From Nitrospirota bacterium (lineage in GTDB: Bacteria > Nitrospirota > UBA9217), in contig CAWJQQ010000002.1 of NCBI GenBank assembly GCA_963845065.1, positions 224,001-288,000 of the forward strand: a stretch of DNA of 64,000 bases, given 5' to 3'. The notes below the pieces were generated by a model. That model worked only from the letters and a program-made list of their open reading frames with translations. It searched no databases and was not told the DNA's origin. Below, piece after piece: positions 50,260 through 64,000 of this stretch. Both the position numbers and the translations under genes were made by a program. Within the stretch, counting starts at the first letter, position 1. Every line of letters begins with the position of its first letter.

Positions 50260-50571
50260 CTAGTCAATGGTCTCATTACATGTTTTGCACACTCGAATGC
50301 GCGACCCTTCTCCCTGGGCTACCCTCTTAGTGGTTGTAGGTTTGCTGCACCTTGAACAGATTAGTTTCACATTCGATGCGGAAATAGGGCTTTCTTTTTC
50401 CACTATGCCGCCCTGCCTGAGCTGCTGGTTAGGTCGCGTGTGCCGCTTGATCATATTCAGCTTCTCGATGAGGAGCCTGTTTACTGAGGGGTATACCGCA
50501 ATTACCCTGCCTCGCTTCCCTTTCTCCTTGCCGGAGGTGACCATCACAGTATCATTCTTCTTTATTAGCAT
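50260..50571 (-). CDS. rplX: 50S ribosomal protein L24
   Basis: KKNDTV..GKEKGKRG KOW motif, GGIVEKE. Confidence 0.97.
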   Translation of the reverse strand: MLIKKNDTVMVTSGKEKGKRGRVIAVYPSVNRLLIEKLNMIKRHTRPNQQLRQGGIVEKESPISASNVKLICSRCSKPTTTKRVAQGEGSRIRVCKTCNETID

Positions 50572-50617
50572 AGTTCCTGTCCTGCTTTTCTTCAGCGATT
50601 TTAATTTCTAACCGTTC

Positions 50618-50986
50618 CTACAGCACTTCTGGTGCTAAAGAAATAATTTTCATAAAATTTTTCTTGCGGAGTTCCCTCGCAACGGGGCCGAAGATACGCG
50701 TCCCGATCGGTTCATTGGCATTGTTGATCAATACCGCGGCATTCCGGTCGAATTTTATGTACGACCCGTCTTGACGGCGAACCTCTTTTGTCGTACGCAC
50801 AACAACTGCCTTCGCTACTGTCCCCTTTTTCACCTGGCCTTCGGGTATGGCCATCTTGATGGCCACCACGATTACGTCGCCAAGCGAGGCATACCGCTTG
50901 CGAGTTCCACCCAGTACTTTTATACACATAACTTTTTTTGCGCCGGAGTTATCGGCCACGTCCAATACAGTCTGTTGCTGAATCAT
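50618..50986 (-). CDS. rplN: 50S ribosomal protein L14
   Basis: [23 protein letters not shown]. Confidence 0.99.
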   Translation of the reverse strand: MIQQQTVLDVADNSGAKKVMCIKVLGGTRKRYASLGDVIVVAIKMAIPEGQVKKGTVAKAVVVRTTKEVRRQDGSYIKFDRNAAVLINNANEPIGTRIFGPVARELRKKNFMKIISLAPEVL

Positions 50987-51020
50987 ATTTCAATCCTCTG
51001 CGAAGAGTTCTCGTTCCGAA

Positions 51021-51278
51021 TTAATTTGCTTTCTCGATAATTTCAAGCACCTTCCAGCGCTTTTCCTTGGACAGCGGCCGCGTCTCGATGAAGCGCACCG
51101 TGTCGCCAATCTTGCACTCGTTCTTCTCGTCATGGGCCTTGAACTTAGTCGTGCGTTTGATAGTCTTCCCGTACCGAGAATGAGCGATACGTCTCGTCAC
51201 CGCCAACACAACGGTCTTGTCCATCTTATCACTTATGACCTGCCCGATGTACGCTTTTCTTTTTTTAGCCTCGTCCAT
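51021..51278 (-). CDS. rpsQ: 30S ribosomal protein S17
   Basis: SDKMDKT, AHDE, RPLSK. Confidence 0.98.
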   Translation of the reverse strand: MDEAKKRKAYIGQVISDKMDKTVVLAVTRRIAHSRYGKTIKRTTKFKAHDEKNECKIGDTVRFIETRPLSKEKRWKVLEIIEKAN

Positions 51279-51459
51279 GTTTTTCCTTTAACGCTGTCTT
51301 TGCTTTTGCGATATCCCGGCGCAGTATTCTCAGGCGCATCGGATTTTCAATCTGCCCCATGGCCTGCTGAACACGGAGGTTGAACAGCTCCTTTTTGATA
51401 TCAGCGGCCTTTGCCTGCAGTTCTTCGTTCGACAGGTCCCTCAAGTCTCTTATTTTCAT
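51265..51459 (-). CDS. rpmC: 50S ribosomal protein L29
   Basis: KELFNLR..NP..RRDIA. Confidence 0.97.
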   Translation of the reverse strand: MKIRDLRDLSNEELQAKAADIKKELFNLRVQQAMGQIENPMRLRILRRDIAKAKTALKEKHGRG

Positions 51460-51872
51460 ATGTCAGCCTCCCGGGAAACGAACTTCGTTGCTACTGGCAG
51501 CTTATACGCTGCCAACCGAAACGCCTCTCTGGCTACGGATTCGTCAACGCCGCCCATCTCGTAAAGTACCCGCCCTGGCTTTACTACAGCCACCCAGTAC
51601 TCTGGCGCACCTTTTCCCTTTCCCATGCGGGTTTCAGCAGGTTTTTTCGTGATCGGCTTATCCGGGAAAATGCGTATCCAGATTTTCCCGCCTCGTTTGA
51701 CGTAACGGGTCATGGCAATACGAGCTGCCTCTATCTGCCTGCTTGTGATCCAACCCGGTTCGAGAACTTTTAGTCCGTACTCACCATGGCTGACTTCCGC
51801 GCCTCGGTAGGCAATGCCCGTCATCCTGCCTTTGTGCATTTTCCTGTGTTTTACCCGTTTGGGTGCTAACAT
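51456..51872 (-). CDS. rplP: 50S ribosomal protein L16
   Basis: [17 protein letters not shown]. Confidence 0.99.
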   Translation of the reverse strand: MLAPKRVKHRKMHKGRMTGIAYRGAEVSHGEYGLKVLEPGWITSRQIEAARIAMTRYVKRGGKIWIRIFPDKPITKKPAETRMGKGKGAPEYWVAVVKPGRVLYEMGGVDESVAREAFRLAAYKLPVATKFVSREADI

Positions 51873-51921
51873 AATGACAATCCTTTAGTCCCGCGTTTCA
51901 CGCTCGAATTAATATATTAAA

Positions 51922-52566
51922 TTACGCAGCGGTTGTCGGCTGCTGGAGTACATCGCCCCGGTAAATCCAAACCTTGACGCCAATCTGGCCCATAGTGGTC
52001 TTTGCCTCAAAGAATCCATACTGGATATCGGCACGAAGCGTGTGGAGAGGCACGCGGCCCTCGCGGTACCACTCGGTCCTCGCTATTTCCGCACCAGCAA
52101 GTCTACCGGCACAGTTAATTTTAATACCCTGTGCGCCAAGGCGAAGGGCCGACGTAACTGCCTTTTTCATGGCTCTGCGGAAGGCGATGCGGCGTTCGAG
52201 TTGGAGTGCGATATTTTCCGCAACGAGCTGAGCGTCCAGCTCCGGGCGCCGGATCTCCTGAATATTGATATACATTTGCTTGCCAGTCATGGCTTCAAGG
52301 TCTTTTTTGAGCTTGTCAACCTCGGCGCCCTTCTTGCCGATGATGATTCCTGGACGTGCCGTGTGAATGTTGATCTTTGCTTTCTGACCGGCACGCTCGA
52401 TCTCCACCTTGGCTACGCCGGCATGCATGAGCCGTTCTTTCACAATCTTGCGAATCTTGATGTCCTCATGGAGAAGCGCAGCATAGTTTTTCTGCGAAAA
52501 CCATCGCGAATCCCATGTTTTAATGATACCGAGCCGCAACCCAATCGGATGAACCTTTTGTCCCAT
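51922..52566 (-). CDS. rpsC: 30S ribosomal protein S3
   Basis: [18 protein letters not shown]. Confidence 0.99.
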   Translation of the reverse strand: MGQKVHPIGLRLGIIKTWDSRWFSQKNYAALLHEDIKIRKIVKERLMHAGVAKVEIERAGQKAKINIHTARPGIIIGKKGAEVDKLKKDLEAMTGKQMYINIQEIRRPELDAQLVAENIALQLERRIAFRRAMKKAVTSALRLGAQGIKINCAGRLAGAEIARTEWYREGRVPLHTLRADIQYGFFEAKTTMGQIGVKVWIYRGDVLQQPTTAA

Positions 52567-52582
52567 GACGCCTCCGTAAAAC

Positions 52583-52912
52583 CTATGCTGACAAGACCAG
52601 TGTTATATGGCTTGTTCTCTTTCTAATAACATTACCCCTGCCCATTGCTCGAGCACGCATCCGCTTCATCGTAACGCCCTGATTTACAAATGCCTTGGTT
52701 ACCTTCAGGGTATCTACGTCGCCTACTTTTTTCTGTTCAGCGTTGGCCACTGCTGAGTCAAGGAGCTTCTTGACGATCCGAGCGGCGTGGAGCGGAGTGA
52801 ACGTAAGAATATTGATGGCGTCTCCCACCATCTTGCCTCGAATGAGATCTATGACCTGTCTCGCCTTGCGCGGCGTAATACGTATATGTCTGACTGTTGC
52901 GCTTGCTTCCAT
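52583..52912 (-). CDS. rplV: 50S ribosomal protein L22
   Basis: PRKAR, SAVANA, KRTSHIT. Confidence 0.98.
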   Translation of the reverse strand: MEASATVRHIRITPRKARQVIDLIRGKMVGDAINILTFTPLHAARIVKKLLDSAVANAEQKKVGDVDTLKVTKAFVNQGVTMKRMRARAMGRGNVIRKRTSHITLVLSA

Positions 52913-52951
52913 CTGACTTTCCTCACTCTCAAGAACGATGCACTCTGCGTC

Positions 52952-53245
52952 CTACTTCGTCGGCGCACTCACCTTTTCCGCGGCTTTAGATCCGCCGTGT
53001 GCCTTGAACGTCCGGGTCGGAGAAAATTCCCCCAGTTTGTGGCCGACCATGTTCTCGGTAATATACACGGGGATAAACTTCCTGCCGTTATGCACCGCCA
53101 TAGTGTGGCCGACAAAATCCGGCGTGATCGTCGATCTCCGGGACCAAGTCTTGAGGATTTTCTTTTCCCCGGCTGTGTTCATCGTCTCAACTTTTTTCAT
53201 GAGACTTGCATCGATAAAAGGGCCCTTCTTAACTGATCTCGGCAC
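52952..53245 (-). CDS. rpsS: 30S ribosomal protein S19
   Basis: [17 protein letters not shown]. Confidence 0.99.
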   Translation of the reverse strand: MPRSVKKGPFIDASLMKKVETMNTAGEKKILKTWSRRSTITPDFVGHTMAVHNGRKFIPVYITENMVGHKLGEFSPTRTFKAHGGSKAAEKVSAPTK

Positions 53246-53298
53246 CGTATCCTCCGTTTAAACAGCTCGAACGTTTCAACCGTTCAAACCGCCATGGT

Positions 53299-54126
53299 CT
53301 ACCTGCTCTTGGTTCTTCTCGAAATTATAAATTTGGTCGTCGATTTATTCTTCCGCGTCTTTTTCCCATCGGGCAGGCCCCAAGGTGAGCAGCCCGGCCT
53401 TCCACCTGAGGACTTTCCTTCGCCACCGCCGAGAGGATGGTCAACGGGGTTCATCGCCACACCGCGCACCCTCGGTCGCATCCCCATCCAACGAGCCCTA
53501 CCAGCCTTGCCTATGCTGATGTTCTCATGATCGAGGTTGCCCACTTGACCTATTGTCGCCATGCATTCGGAGCGGACCTTGCGCACTTCTCCGGAGTTGA
53601 GCCGCAGCGTGGCATAATCACCTTCACGGGCTAGGAGCTGTACCGTGGAACCGGCGCTCCGGGCAAGTTGGGCACCCGCACCCTTCTTGAGCTCCACGTT
53701 ATGTATGTTAGTACCTACGGGAATCGCGCTCATCGGCAGTGCGTTTCCCGGTTTGATGTCTGCTCCAAGGCCAGACATAACGGTGTCGCCCACGTTAAGC
53801 CCCAATGGAGCAATAATATAGCGCTTTTCACCGTCCGCGTAGTTGAGCAGCGCTATTCTCGCCGTGCGGTTTGGATCATATTCAATCTCCGCAACCTTTG
53901 CAGGCACGCCGATTTTTTCACGCCGGAAGTCGATCACCCGGTATTTTTTCTTATGCCAGCCACCCCGATAGCGTGTGGTGATCTTGCCCCGGTTATTTCT
54001 TCCGCCGCTCTGGCTGATTTTTACGACGAGCGATTTCTCCGGCGTGCTTCGGGTGACCTCTTCAAAAGTCGAAGTGGTTTGGAAGCGCCTTCCTGGAGAT
54101 GTTGGGTTATATGATTTTACTGGCAT
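53299..54126 (-). CDS. rplB: 50S ribosomal protein L2
   Basis: [19 protein letters not shown]. Confidence 0.99.
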   Translation of the reverse strand: MPVKSYNPTSPGRRFQTTSTFEEVTRSTPEKSLVVKISQSGGRNNRGKITTRYRGGWHKKKYRVIDFRREKIGVPAKVAEIEYDPNRTARIALLNYADGEKRYIIAPLGLNVGDTVMSGLGADIKPGNALPMSAIPVGTNIHNVELKKGAGAQLARSAGSTVQLLAREGDYATLRLNSGEVRKVRSECMATIGQVGNLDHENISIGKAGRARWMGMRPRVRGVAMNPVDHPLGGGEGKSSGGRPGCSPWGLPDGKKTRKNKSTTKFIISRRTKSR

Positions 54127-54420
54127 TTAAGCACCCTCAAATATATCGATCTTTTCACCGGGCTTGAGCGTTACATACGCTTTCTTCCAGTCAGACCTGC
54201 GGCCCAACCTCTGCCCGACACGCTTGTTCTTGCCTGCATTTTTTACTGTCGTTACATCGACGACCTTGACTTTGAAAATTCCTTCGACTGCTTTCCTCAC
54301 CTGCACCTTATTTGCATCGACCTTCACTTCAAAGGTAAGTACATTGTTTTTTTCCTTCAGGCGTGTACCCTTTTCAGTTATCCGGGGTACGCGGATGATA
54401 TCATAGAGGTCGATTGTCAT
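54127..54420 (-). CDS. rplW: 50S ribosomal protein L23
   Basis: ITEK, ANK, WKKAYVTL. Confidence 0.98.
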   Translation of the reverse strand: MTIDLYDIIRVPRITEKGTRLKEKNNVLTFEVKVDANKVQVRKAVEGIFKVKVVDVTTVKNAGKNKRVGQRLGRRSDWKKAYVTLKPGEKIDIFEGA

Positions 54421-55040
54421 TTGCCGTACACCTCCTGCATGGCGTTAAGCACGTCCTGAGTCGTTATGAGGTACCGGTACTTGAGCAGGTCATAGACGTT
54501 AATATTGTCCATCCTGAGCACTTTGACCGACGTAATGTTTCTGGCTGCCAGCGTCAGATTTTTATTCTCTGCCTTTATGAGGACAAGTGCGTTTTCCTGC
54601 ACGCCGAGAGTATCGAGCAGCGTCGACACCAATTTGGTCTTCGGTTCAGCCAGTTCCAGGCTGCTCACGAGGATGAGCCTGTTGTCGGTGACCTTTGAGG
54701 AAATCGCATCGACGAGGGCAGCCCGCTTTTCCTTTTTGGGGAGCGCATACGAATAGTCTCTCGGCATCGGGCCGAATATCGTACCACCGTGCCTCCAGAG
54801 AGGAGAACGGTTGCTTCCTGCACGAGCCCTGCCTGTCCCTTTTTGTTTAAACGGCTTTTTCCCGCCACCGCTCACGAGAGCCTTGTTTTTGGTGGCGGCC
54901 GTGCCTGCTCTCCTATTCGCTAGCTGATTCACGACCGCAGCATGCAAGAGATGCGGCCGCACAGCCGTTCCAAAAAGGCCCGGGAGCTCTACGTCCTTTA
55001 TTTTCTTATTGTTCTGATCAACCATTACGACTGACGGCAT
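54417..55040 (-). CDS. rplD: 50S ribosomal protein L4
   Basis: QKGTGRARAGS, FGP. Confidence 0.99.
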   Translation of the reverse strand: MPSVVMVDQNNKKIKDVELPGLFGTAVRPHLLHAAVVNQLANRRAGTAATKNKALVSGGGKKPFKQKGTGRARAGSNRSPLWRHGGTIFGPMPRDYSYALPKKEKRAALVDAISSKVTDNRLILVSSLELAEPKTKLVSTLLDTLGVQENALVLIKAENKNLTLAARNITSVKVLRMDNINVYDLLKYRYLITTQDVLNAMQEVYGK

Positions 55041-55058
55041 GTGCGGATCCTCTTATTC

Positions 55059-55673
55059 TTAATCAGCCTTGTAAATTAGGATAAGACCGTTTTCACCGCC
55101 TGGCACCGCTCCGCGAACAAACAGCAGATTCTGGTCAGGCCGTACATCAACAACCTCGATGTTTTTTAATGTTACGTTTGCAGAGCCCATGTGCCCTGGA
55201 AGTTTCTTTCCAGGCCAAACGCGCGACGGCCATGCGCTTGAACCGATTGAACCTGGCCTGCGATTGAACATGGAACCGTGGCCTCCGGGACCGCCGGCAA
55301 AATTATGCCGCTTCATCACGCCGGCAAACCCTTTCCCCTTACTGACACCGCTCACCACAATCAGTTCGCCCTTCTTAAAAATATCAACAGTAACCACCTG
55401 GCCTTGCTCAAATTCTGCAGTACGAAATTCACGAAGAAAACGATGAGGCTGGACGTTCGCCTTCTTGAAGTGACCGGCAACCGCTTTTGTCACTCGTTCC
55501 TTCTTTTTTTCCTCCTCAAACGCCAGCTGTACCGAATCATAACCATCTGCCGCCGAGGTTTTTTTCTGGACGACTGTACATGGGCCTGCCTGGATAACAG
55601 TTACGGGGATCAATTCCCCGCCACTGAACTGCTGGCTCATGCCTATTTTTTTCCCGATAATTCCCTTGCTCAT
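55059..55673 (-). CDS. rplC: 50S ribosomal protein L3
   Basis: GKKIGM, SKGKGFAG, GAVPG. Confidence 0.98.
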   Translation of the reverse strand: MSKGIIGKKIGMSQQFSGGELIPVTVIQAGPCTVVQKKTSAADGYDSVQLAFEEEKKKERVTKAVAGHFKKANVQPHRFLREFRTAEFEQGQVVTVDIFKKGELIVVSGVSKGKGFAGVMKRHNFAGGPGGHGSMFNRRPGSIGSSAWPSRVWPGKKLPGHMGSANVTLKNIEVVDVRPDQNLLFVRGAVPGGENGLILIYKAD

Positions 55674-55743
55674 TGCAATTCCCCTCATCCGCTCGCCAGC
55701 CGTGATTTACAGTACCCCGGTCTTCCCGCGGTTTGGTTTCTCT

Positions 55744-56049
55744 TTACAGCTTTATCTCTACATCGACGCCTGCGGCCAGATCCAGTTTCATCAGCGCATC
55801 TACCGTCTGCGGTGTAGGATCGAGGATATCCATCAGCCGTTTGTGGGTCCTGATCTCAAACTGTTCACGGGACTTCTTGTCCACGTGGGGAGAACGGAGC
55901 ACAGTCCAGCGGTTGATCCTGGTCGGCAGCGGAATCGGGCCAGACACCCTGGCGCCCGTCCTCTTTGCCGTATCCATAATTTCTACCGTCGACTGGTCGA
56001 GTAGCCTATGGTCGTATCCTTTGAGTCGTATCCTAATCTTTTGAGTCAC
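55744..56049 (-). CDS. rpsJ: 30S ribosomal protein S10
   Basis: [21 protein letters not shown]. Confidence 0.99.
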   Translation of the reverse strand: MTQKIRIRLKGYDHRLLDQSTVEIMDTAKRTGARVSGPIPLPTRINRWTVLRSPHVDKKSREQFEIRTHKRLMDILDPTPQTVDALMKLDLAAGVDVEIKL

Positions 56050-56068
56050 GTGCGATACCTTCTCTTTC

Positions 56069-57268
<1,200 letters not shown>

Positions 57269-57320
57269 GCTGTTCGCCTCCTCTAAGGAAGTGTAAAATT
57301 GCGTTTACGAATAAAATGAA

Positions 57321-59411
57321 TTACCGCTTGACTGTTTCGCCCTTTACCTTGGCGATGATCTGCTCTGAAATGGTTTTCGGTACTTCTTCATAGTGCGCGA
57401 ACTGCATCGTATAAGTCGCCCTCCCCTGGGTCTTAGAACGAATGTCAGTCGCATATCCGAACATTTCTGAAAGCGGCACCTGAGCGGTGATAACACGTCC
57501 TGCTCCACGCATATTCATGCCTTGCACACGGCCGCGGCGGGAGTTCAAATCGCCGATGATATCGCCCATATACTCCTCGGCACAGACGACTTCTACCGCC
57601 ATGATCGGCTCGAGCAAGGTTGGATTGGCCTTAGCCGCGCCTTCCTTGAATCCCATGGATCCGGCAATCTTAAATGCCATTTCTGAAGAGTCGACATCAT
57701 GATAGGACCCGTCGATCAGCGTGATCTTGATGTCGACCACGGGGTATCCCGCGAGAACACCGTTTTCCATGGCCTCTTCAATACCCTTTTGGGTCGGGCC
57801 AACATATTCCTTCGGAACTGAGCCACCGACGGTCTTGTTCACAAACGCAAAGCCTTGCCCCGGCTCCTGAGGCTCGAGTTCGAGAACAACGTGGCCATAT
57901 TGACCACGACCTCCCGATTGACGTATAAATTTGCCCTCGGCGACAACTTTTTTCTTGATCGTTTCGCGGTACGCCACCTGAGGTTTACCAACATTCGCGT
58001 CAACCTTGAACTCACGCAGCAAGCGGTCAACGATAATTTCGAGATGGAGCTCGCCCATACCTGAAATAATGGTCTGTCCGGTCTCCTGATCAGTAAACAC
58101 TCGGAACGACGGGTCTTCCTGCATCAGCTTCTGGAGCGAGAAGCCAAGCTTTTCCTGGTCTGCCTTAGTTTTGGGTTCGATAGCCACAGAGATGACCGGC
58201 TCAGGAAAGGTCATCGCTTCAAGAATGACAGGCTTGTTCTCATCACAAAGTGTATGTCCCGTGAGCGTACTCTTGAGTCCAACGGCCGCGCATATATCAC
58301 CAGCGTAGATTTCCTGGATCTCTTCGCGCTTGTTCGCGTGCATTTTCAGCAACCTGCCGATTCGCTCTCTCGTCCCTTTAGTAGAGTTATATACATAGGA
58401 TCCGGAAGTAAGCGTCCCGGAATAGACTCGGATGAACGTGAGCTGCCCCACAAAAGGGTCGGTCATGATCTTGAAAGCCACAGCCGCAAACGGCTCACTG
58501 TCAGAGGTCTGACGCACAACTTCTTCGCCTTTTGGTCCTATGCCCGTGACAGGCGGAATGTCCAACGGAGACGGGAGGTAGTCCACCACCGCGTCGAGGA
58601 TAAGCTGTACGCCTTTATTCTTGAATGCCGAACCGCAAATAACAGGGAAGATACTCATCGCGATCGTGCCCTTGCGGATCGCTGCCATGATCTCGGCCTC
58701 CGTCGGCGTCTCACCATTCAGGAATTTCTCCATAACGGTATCGTCAGCGTCGGCAATTTTCTCGATCATCTTTTCCCGGTACTCTTTTGCTTGGGGAAGG
58801 AGATCAGCCGGAATATCTTCAATGGCATATTTCGCACCGAGCGTTTCGTCGTTGAACAGAACAGCTTTCATCTTTACGAGATCAATACAGCCGCGAAATT
58901 TGTCCTCTGCGCCAACGGGGAGCTGGATCGGCACGGCGTTCGCACCGAGCCGGTCAATCATGCTCTGCACACTCATGTAGAAATCGGCACCGACGCGATC
59001 CATTTTGTTCATGAATGCAATGCGCGGAACTTCATACTTATCAGCCTGACGCCAAACCGTCTCGGACTGGGGCTCCACACCGCTCACGGAGTCGAAGACA
59101 GCAACGGCTCCATCGAGAACGCGAAGCGAGCGTTCCACTTCAATGGTAAAGTCTACATGGCCGGGGGTATCGATGATGTTGATGCGCTTATCCCGCCAGA
59201 AACAGGTCGTTGCGGCAGACGTAATGGTAATACCGCGCTCCTGCTCCTGCACCATCCAGTCCATGACTGCGGTGCCATCGTGCACTTCGCCGATCTTATA
59301 GGAAACACCGGTATAGTAAAGAATTCGCTCAGTCGTCGTCGTTTTCCCGGCGTCGATGTGAGCCATAATCCCGATGTTACGTGTGTTTTCGAGAGAATAC
59401 TGCCTAGCCAA
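57321..59411 (-). CDS. fusA: Elongation factor G
   Basis: [23 protein letters not shown] start. Confidence 0.99.
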   Translation of the reverse strand: MARQYSLENTRNIGIMAHIDAGKTTTTERILYYTGVSYKIGEVHDGTAVMDWMVQEQERGITITSAATTCFWRDKRINIIDTPGHVDFTIEVERSLRVLDGAVAVFDSVSGVEPQSETVWRQADKYEVPRIAFMNKMDRVGADFYMSVQSMIDRLGANAVPIQLPVGAEDKFRGCIDLVKMKAVLFNDETLGAKYAIEDIPADLLPQAKEYREKMIEKIADADDTVMEKFLNGETPTEAEIMAAIRKGTIAMSIFPVICGSAFKNKGVQLILDAVVDYLPSPLDIPPVTGIGPKGEEVVRQTSDSEPFAAVAFKIMTDPFVGQLTFIRVYSGTLTSGSYVYNSTKGTRERIGRLLKMHANKREEIQEIYAGDICAAVGLKSTLTGHTLCDENKPVILEAMTFPEPVISVAIEPKTKADQEKLGFSLQKLMQEDPSFRVFTDQETGQTIISGMGELHLEIIVDRLLREFKVDANVGKPQVAYRETIKKKVVAEGKFIRQSGGRGQYGHVVLELEPQEPGQGFAFVNKTVGGSVPKEYVGPTQKGIEEAMENGVLAGYPVVDIKITLIDGSYHDVDSSEMAFKIAGSMGFKEGAAKANPTLLEPIMAVEVVCAEEYMGDIIGDLNSRRGRVQGMNMRGAGRVITAQVPLSEMFGYATDIRSKTQGRATYTMQFAHYEEVPKTISEQIIAKVKGETVKR

Positions 59412-59438
59412 AACTTCCTCCGCTTCTAGATACGCACC

Positions 59439-59909
59439 TTACCAACGATAGTGGGCGAAGGCTTTATTGGCCTCTGCCATACGGTGAACGTCTTCTCTTT
59501 TCTTTACAGCAGCGCCAGTATTGTTCGATGCGTCAAGAATTTCCGCTGCTAGTTTCTCAACCATGGATTTTTCCGGTCGCTGTGAGGCGTAGAGTCTGAG
59601 CCACCGAAAGGCGAGCGAAAGCCTGCGAGGCTGTTTGACTTCAATAGGCACCTGATAGGAGGCACCACCTACCCTGCGAGATTTCACTTCAAGCGTCGGC
59701 TTCACATTCTCTACGGCTTTCTTGAAAATGGCGACAGGGTCTCCGTTTGTCTTCTTCTGAATACGATCCAGCGCTTTATAACAAATCGCCTCTGCCGTAC
59801 TTTTCTTGCCTTTTCGCATGAGCACGTTCACGAACTTCGCCAGCATTTGGCTGTGATATTTCGGATCAGGCAATGATTCTCTTTTTACGACAATGCTTTT
59901 TCTCGGCAT
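59439..59909 (-). CDS. rpsG: 30S ribosomal protein S7
   Basis: [24 protein letters not shown]. Confidence 0.99.
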   Translation of the reverse strand: MPRKSIVVKRESLPDPKYHSQMLAKFVNVLMRKGKKSTAEAICYKALDRIQKKTNGDPVAIFKKAVENVKPTLEVKSRRVGGASYQVPIEVKQPRRLSLAFRWLRLYASQRPEKSMVEKLAAEILDASNNTGAAVKKREDVHRMAEANKAFAHYRW

Positions 59910-59970
59910 AGTATGGTGTTCCTTCTCTTACACAATTGCGCTCTCAAGCGCACGTTGAATTGCCAACTTA

Positions 59971-60342
59971 TTATTTGGGCCTCTTTGCTCCGTACTTGGA
60001 CCGGCCCTGTTTACGATTGGCGACGCCAACTGTATCCAATGTTCCCCGTACGATATGGTAGCGCACGCCGGGAAGATCCTTCACCCTGCCGCCGCGGATG
60101 AGCACGATGGAGTGCTCTTGCAGATTATGCCCAACTCCGGGGATATAGGTTGTCACTTCCATCCCGTTCGTGAGCCTTACTCTGGCCACTTTCCGTAGCG
60201 CGGAGTTAGGCTTCTTCGGCGTTGTGGTATAAACCCTGATGCAGACACCCCGCTTTTGAGGGCAGCTCTTCAGTGCAGGACTTTTGGTCTTACTTACTGC
60301 CAAGGTCCTGCCTTTTCTTACCAATTGGCTAATTGTCGGCAC
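59971..60342 (-). CDS. rpsL: 30S ribosomal protein S12
   Basis: [20 protein letters not shown]. Confidence 0.99.
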   Translation of the reverse strand: MPTISQLVRKGRTLAVSKTKSPALKSCPQKRGVCIRVYTTTPKKPNSALRKVARVRLTNGMEVTTYIPGVGHNLQEHSIVLIRGGRVKDLPGVRYHIVRGTLDTVGVANRKQGRSKYGAKRPK

Positions 60343-60406
60343 GGAAATTACTCCTTAAAAACACAGGTATAGCAAATTTTCAGAAACGTTGAGTCAAAAC
60401 CTGGTG

Positions 60407-60435
60407 ATTATAGCGGTATAATCGCCTATTGTCAA
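60407..60435 (-). promoter_or_regulatory. Consensus sigma70 promoter of the str/S10/spc cluster
   Basis: TTGACA-17 bp-TATAAT, perfect consensus. Confidence 0.9.
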
Positions 60436-60462
60436 GGTTTTTTTTGTGTTGCCAATTTAACA

Positions 60463-64000
<3,538 letters not shown>

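Overview
Bacterial chromosomal window. Gene content (futalosine genes, N-terminally extended L5, MoaD-MoaE fusion) suggests a Nitrospirota/Desulfobacterota-like organism; this is inference, not a database result. (1) 1-14.4 kb: a fatty-acid beta-oxidation cluster (fadF-like, MerR regulator, fadD, enoyl-CoA isomerase, thioesterase, fadH, MBL hydrolase, fadE, fadA, fadN, acyl-CoA ligase pseudogene) with LiuR-like operator candidates. (2) 14.6-21 kb: a dca-like dicarboxylate beta-oxidation cassette with an IclR regulator and twin operators; its thiolase lies between ~312-bp direct repeats. (3) 21-32.7 kb: housekeeping genes (aroCKB, mqnBD, lemA plus an extended HtpX, moaD-moaE fusion, Cys-rich MerR plus ccdA, cyclodeaminase, folD). 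(4) 32.7-40.8 kb: receiver-domain pseudogene, an outer-membrane porin with a long hairpin-rich leader, a decayed tnpB with an intact IS608-like right end, and a sensor kinase/HD-GYP pair. (5) 40.9-64 kb: alpha, spc, S10 and str ribosomal operons plus most of rpoC, with no adk between secY and map. The most unusual signal is a set of tiny IS200/IS605-derived elements, all 3' of TTAT, two of them collapsed to a single ~50-bp hairpin. No CRISPR array, rRNA or tRNA was seen. No complete, clearly novel multi-gene system could be established from sequence alone.
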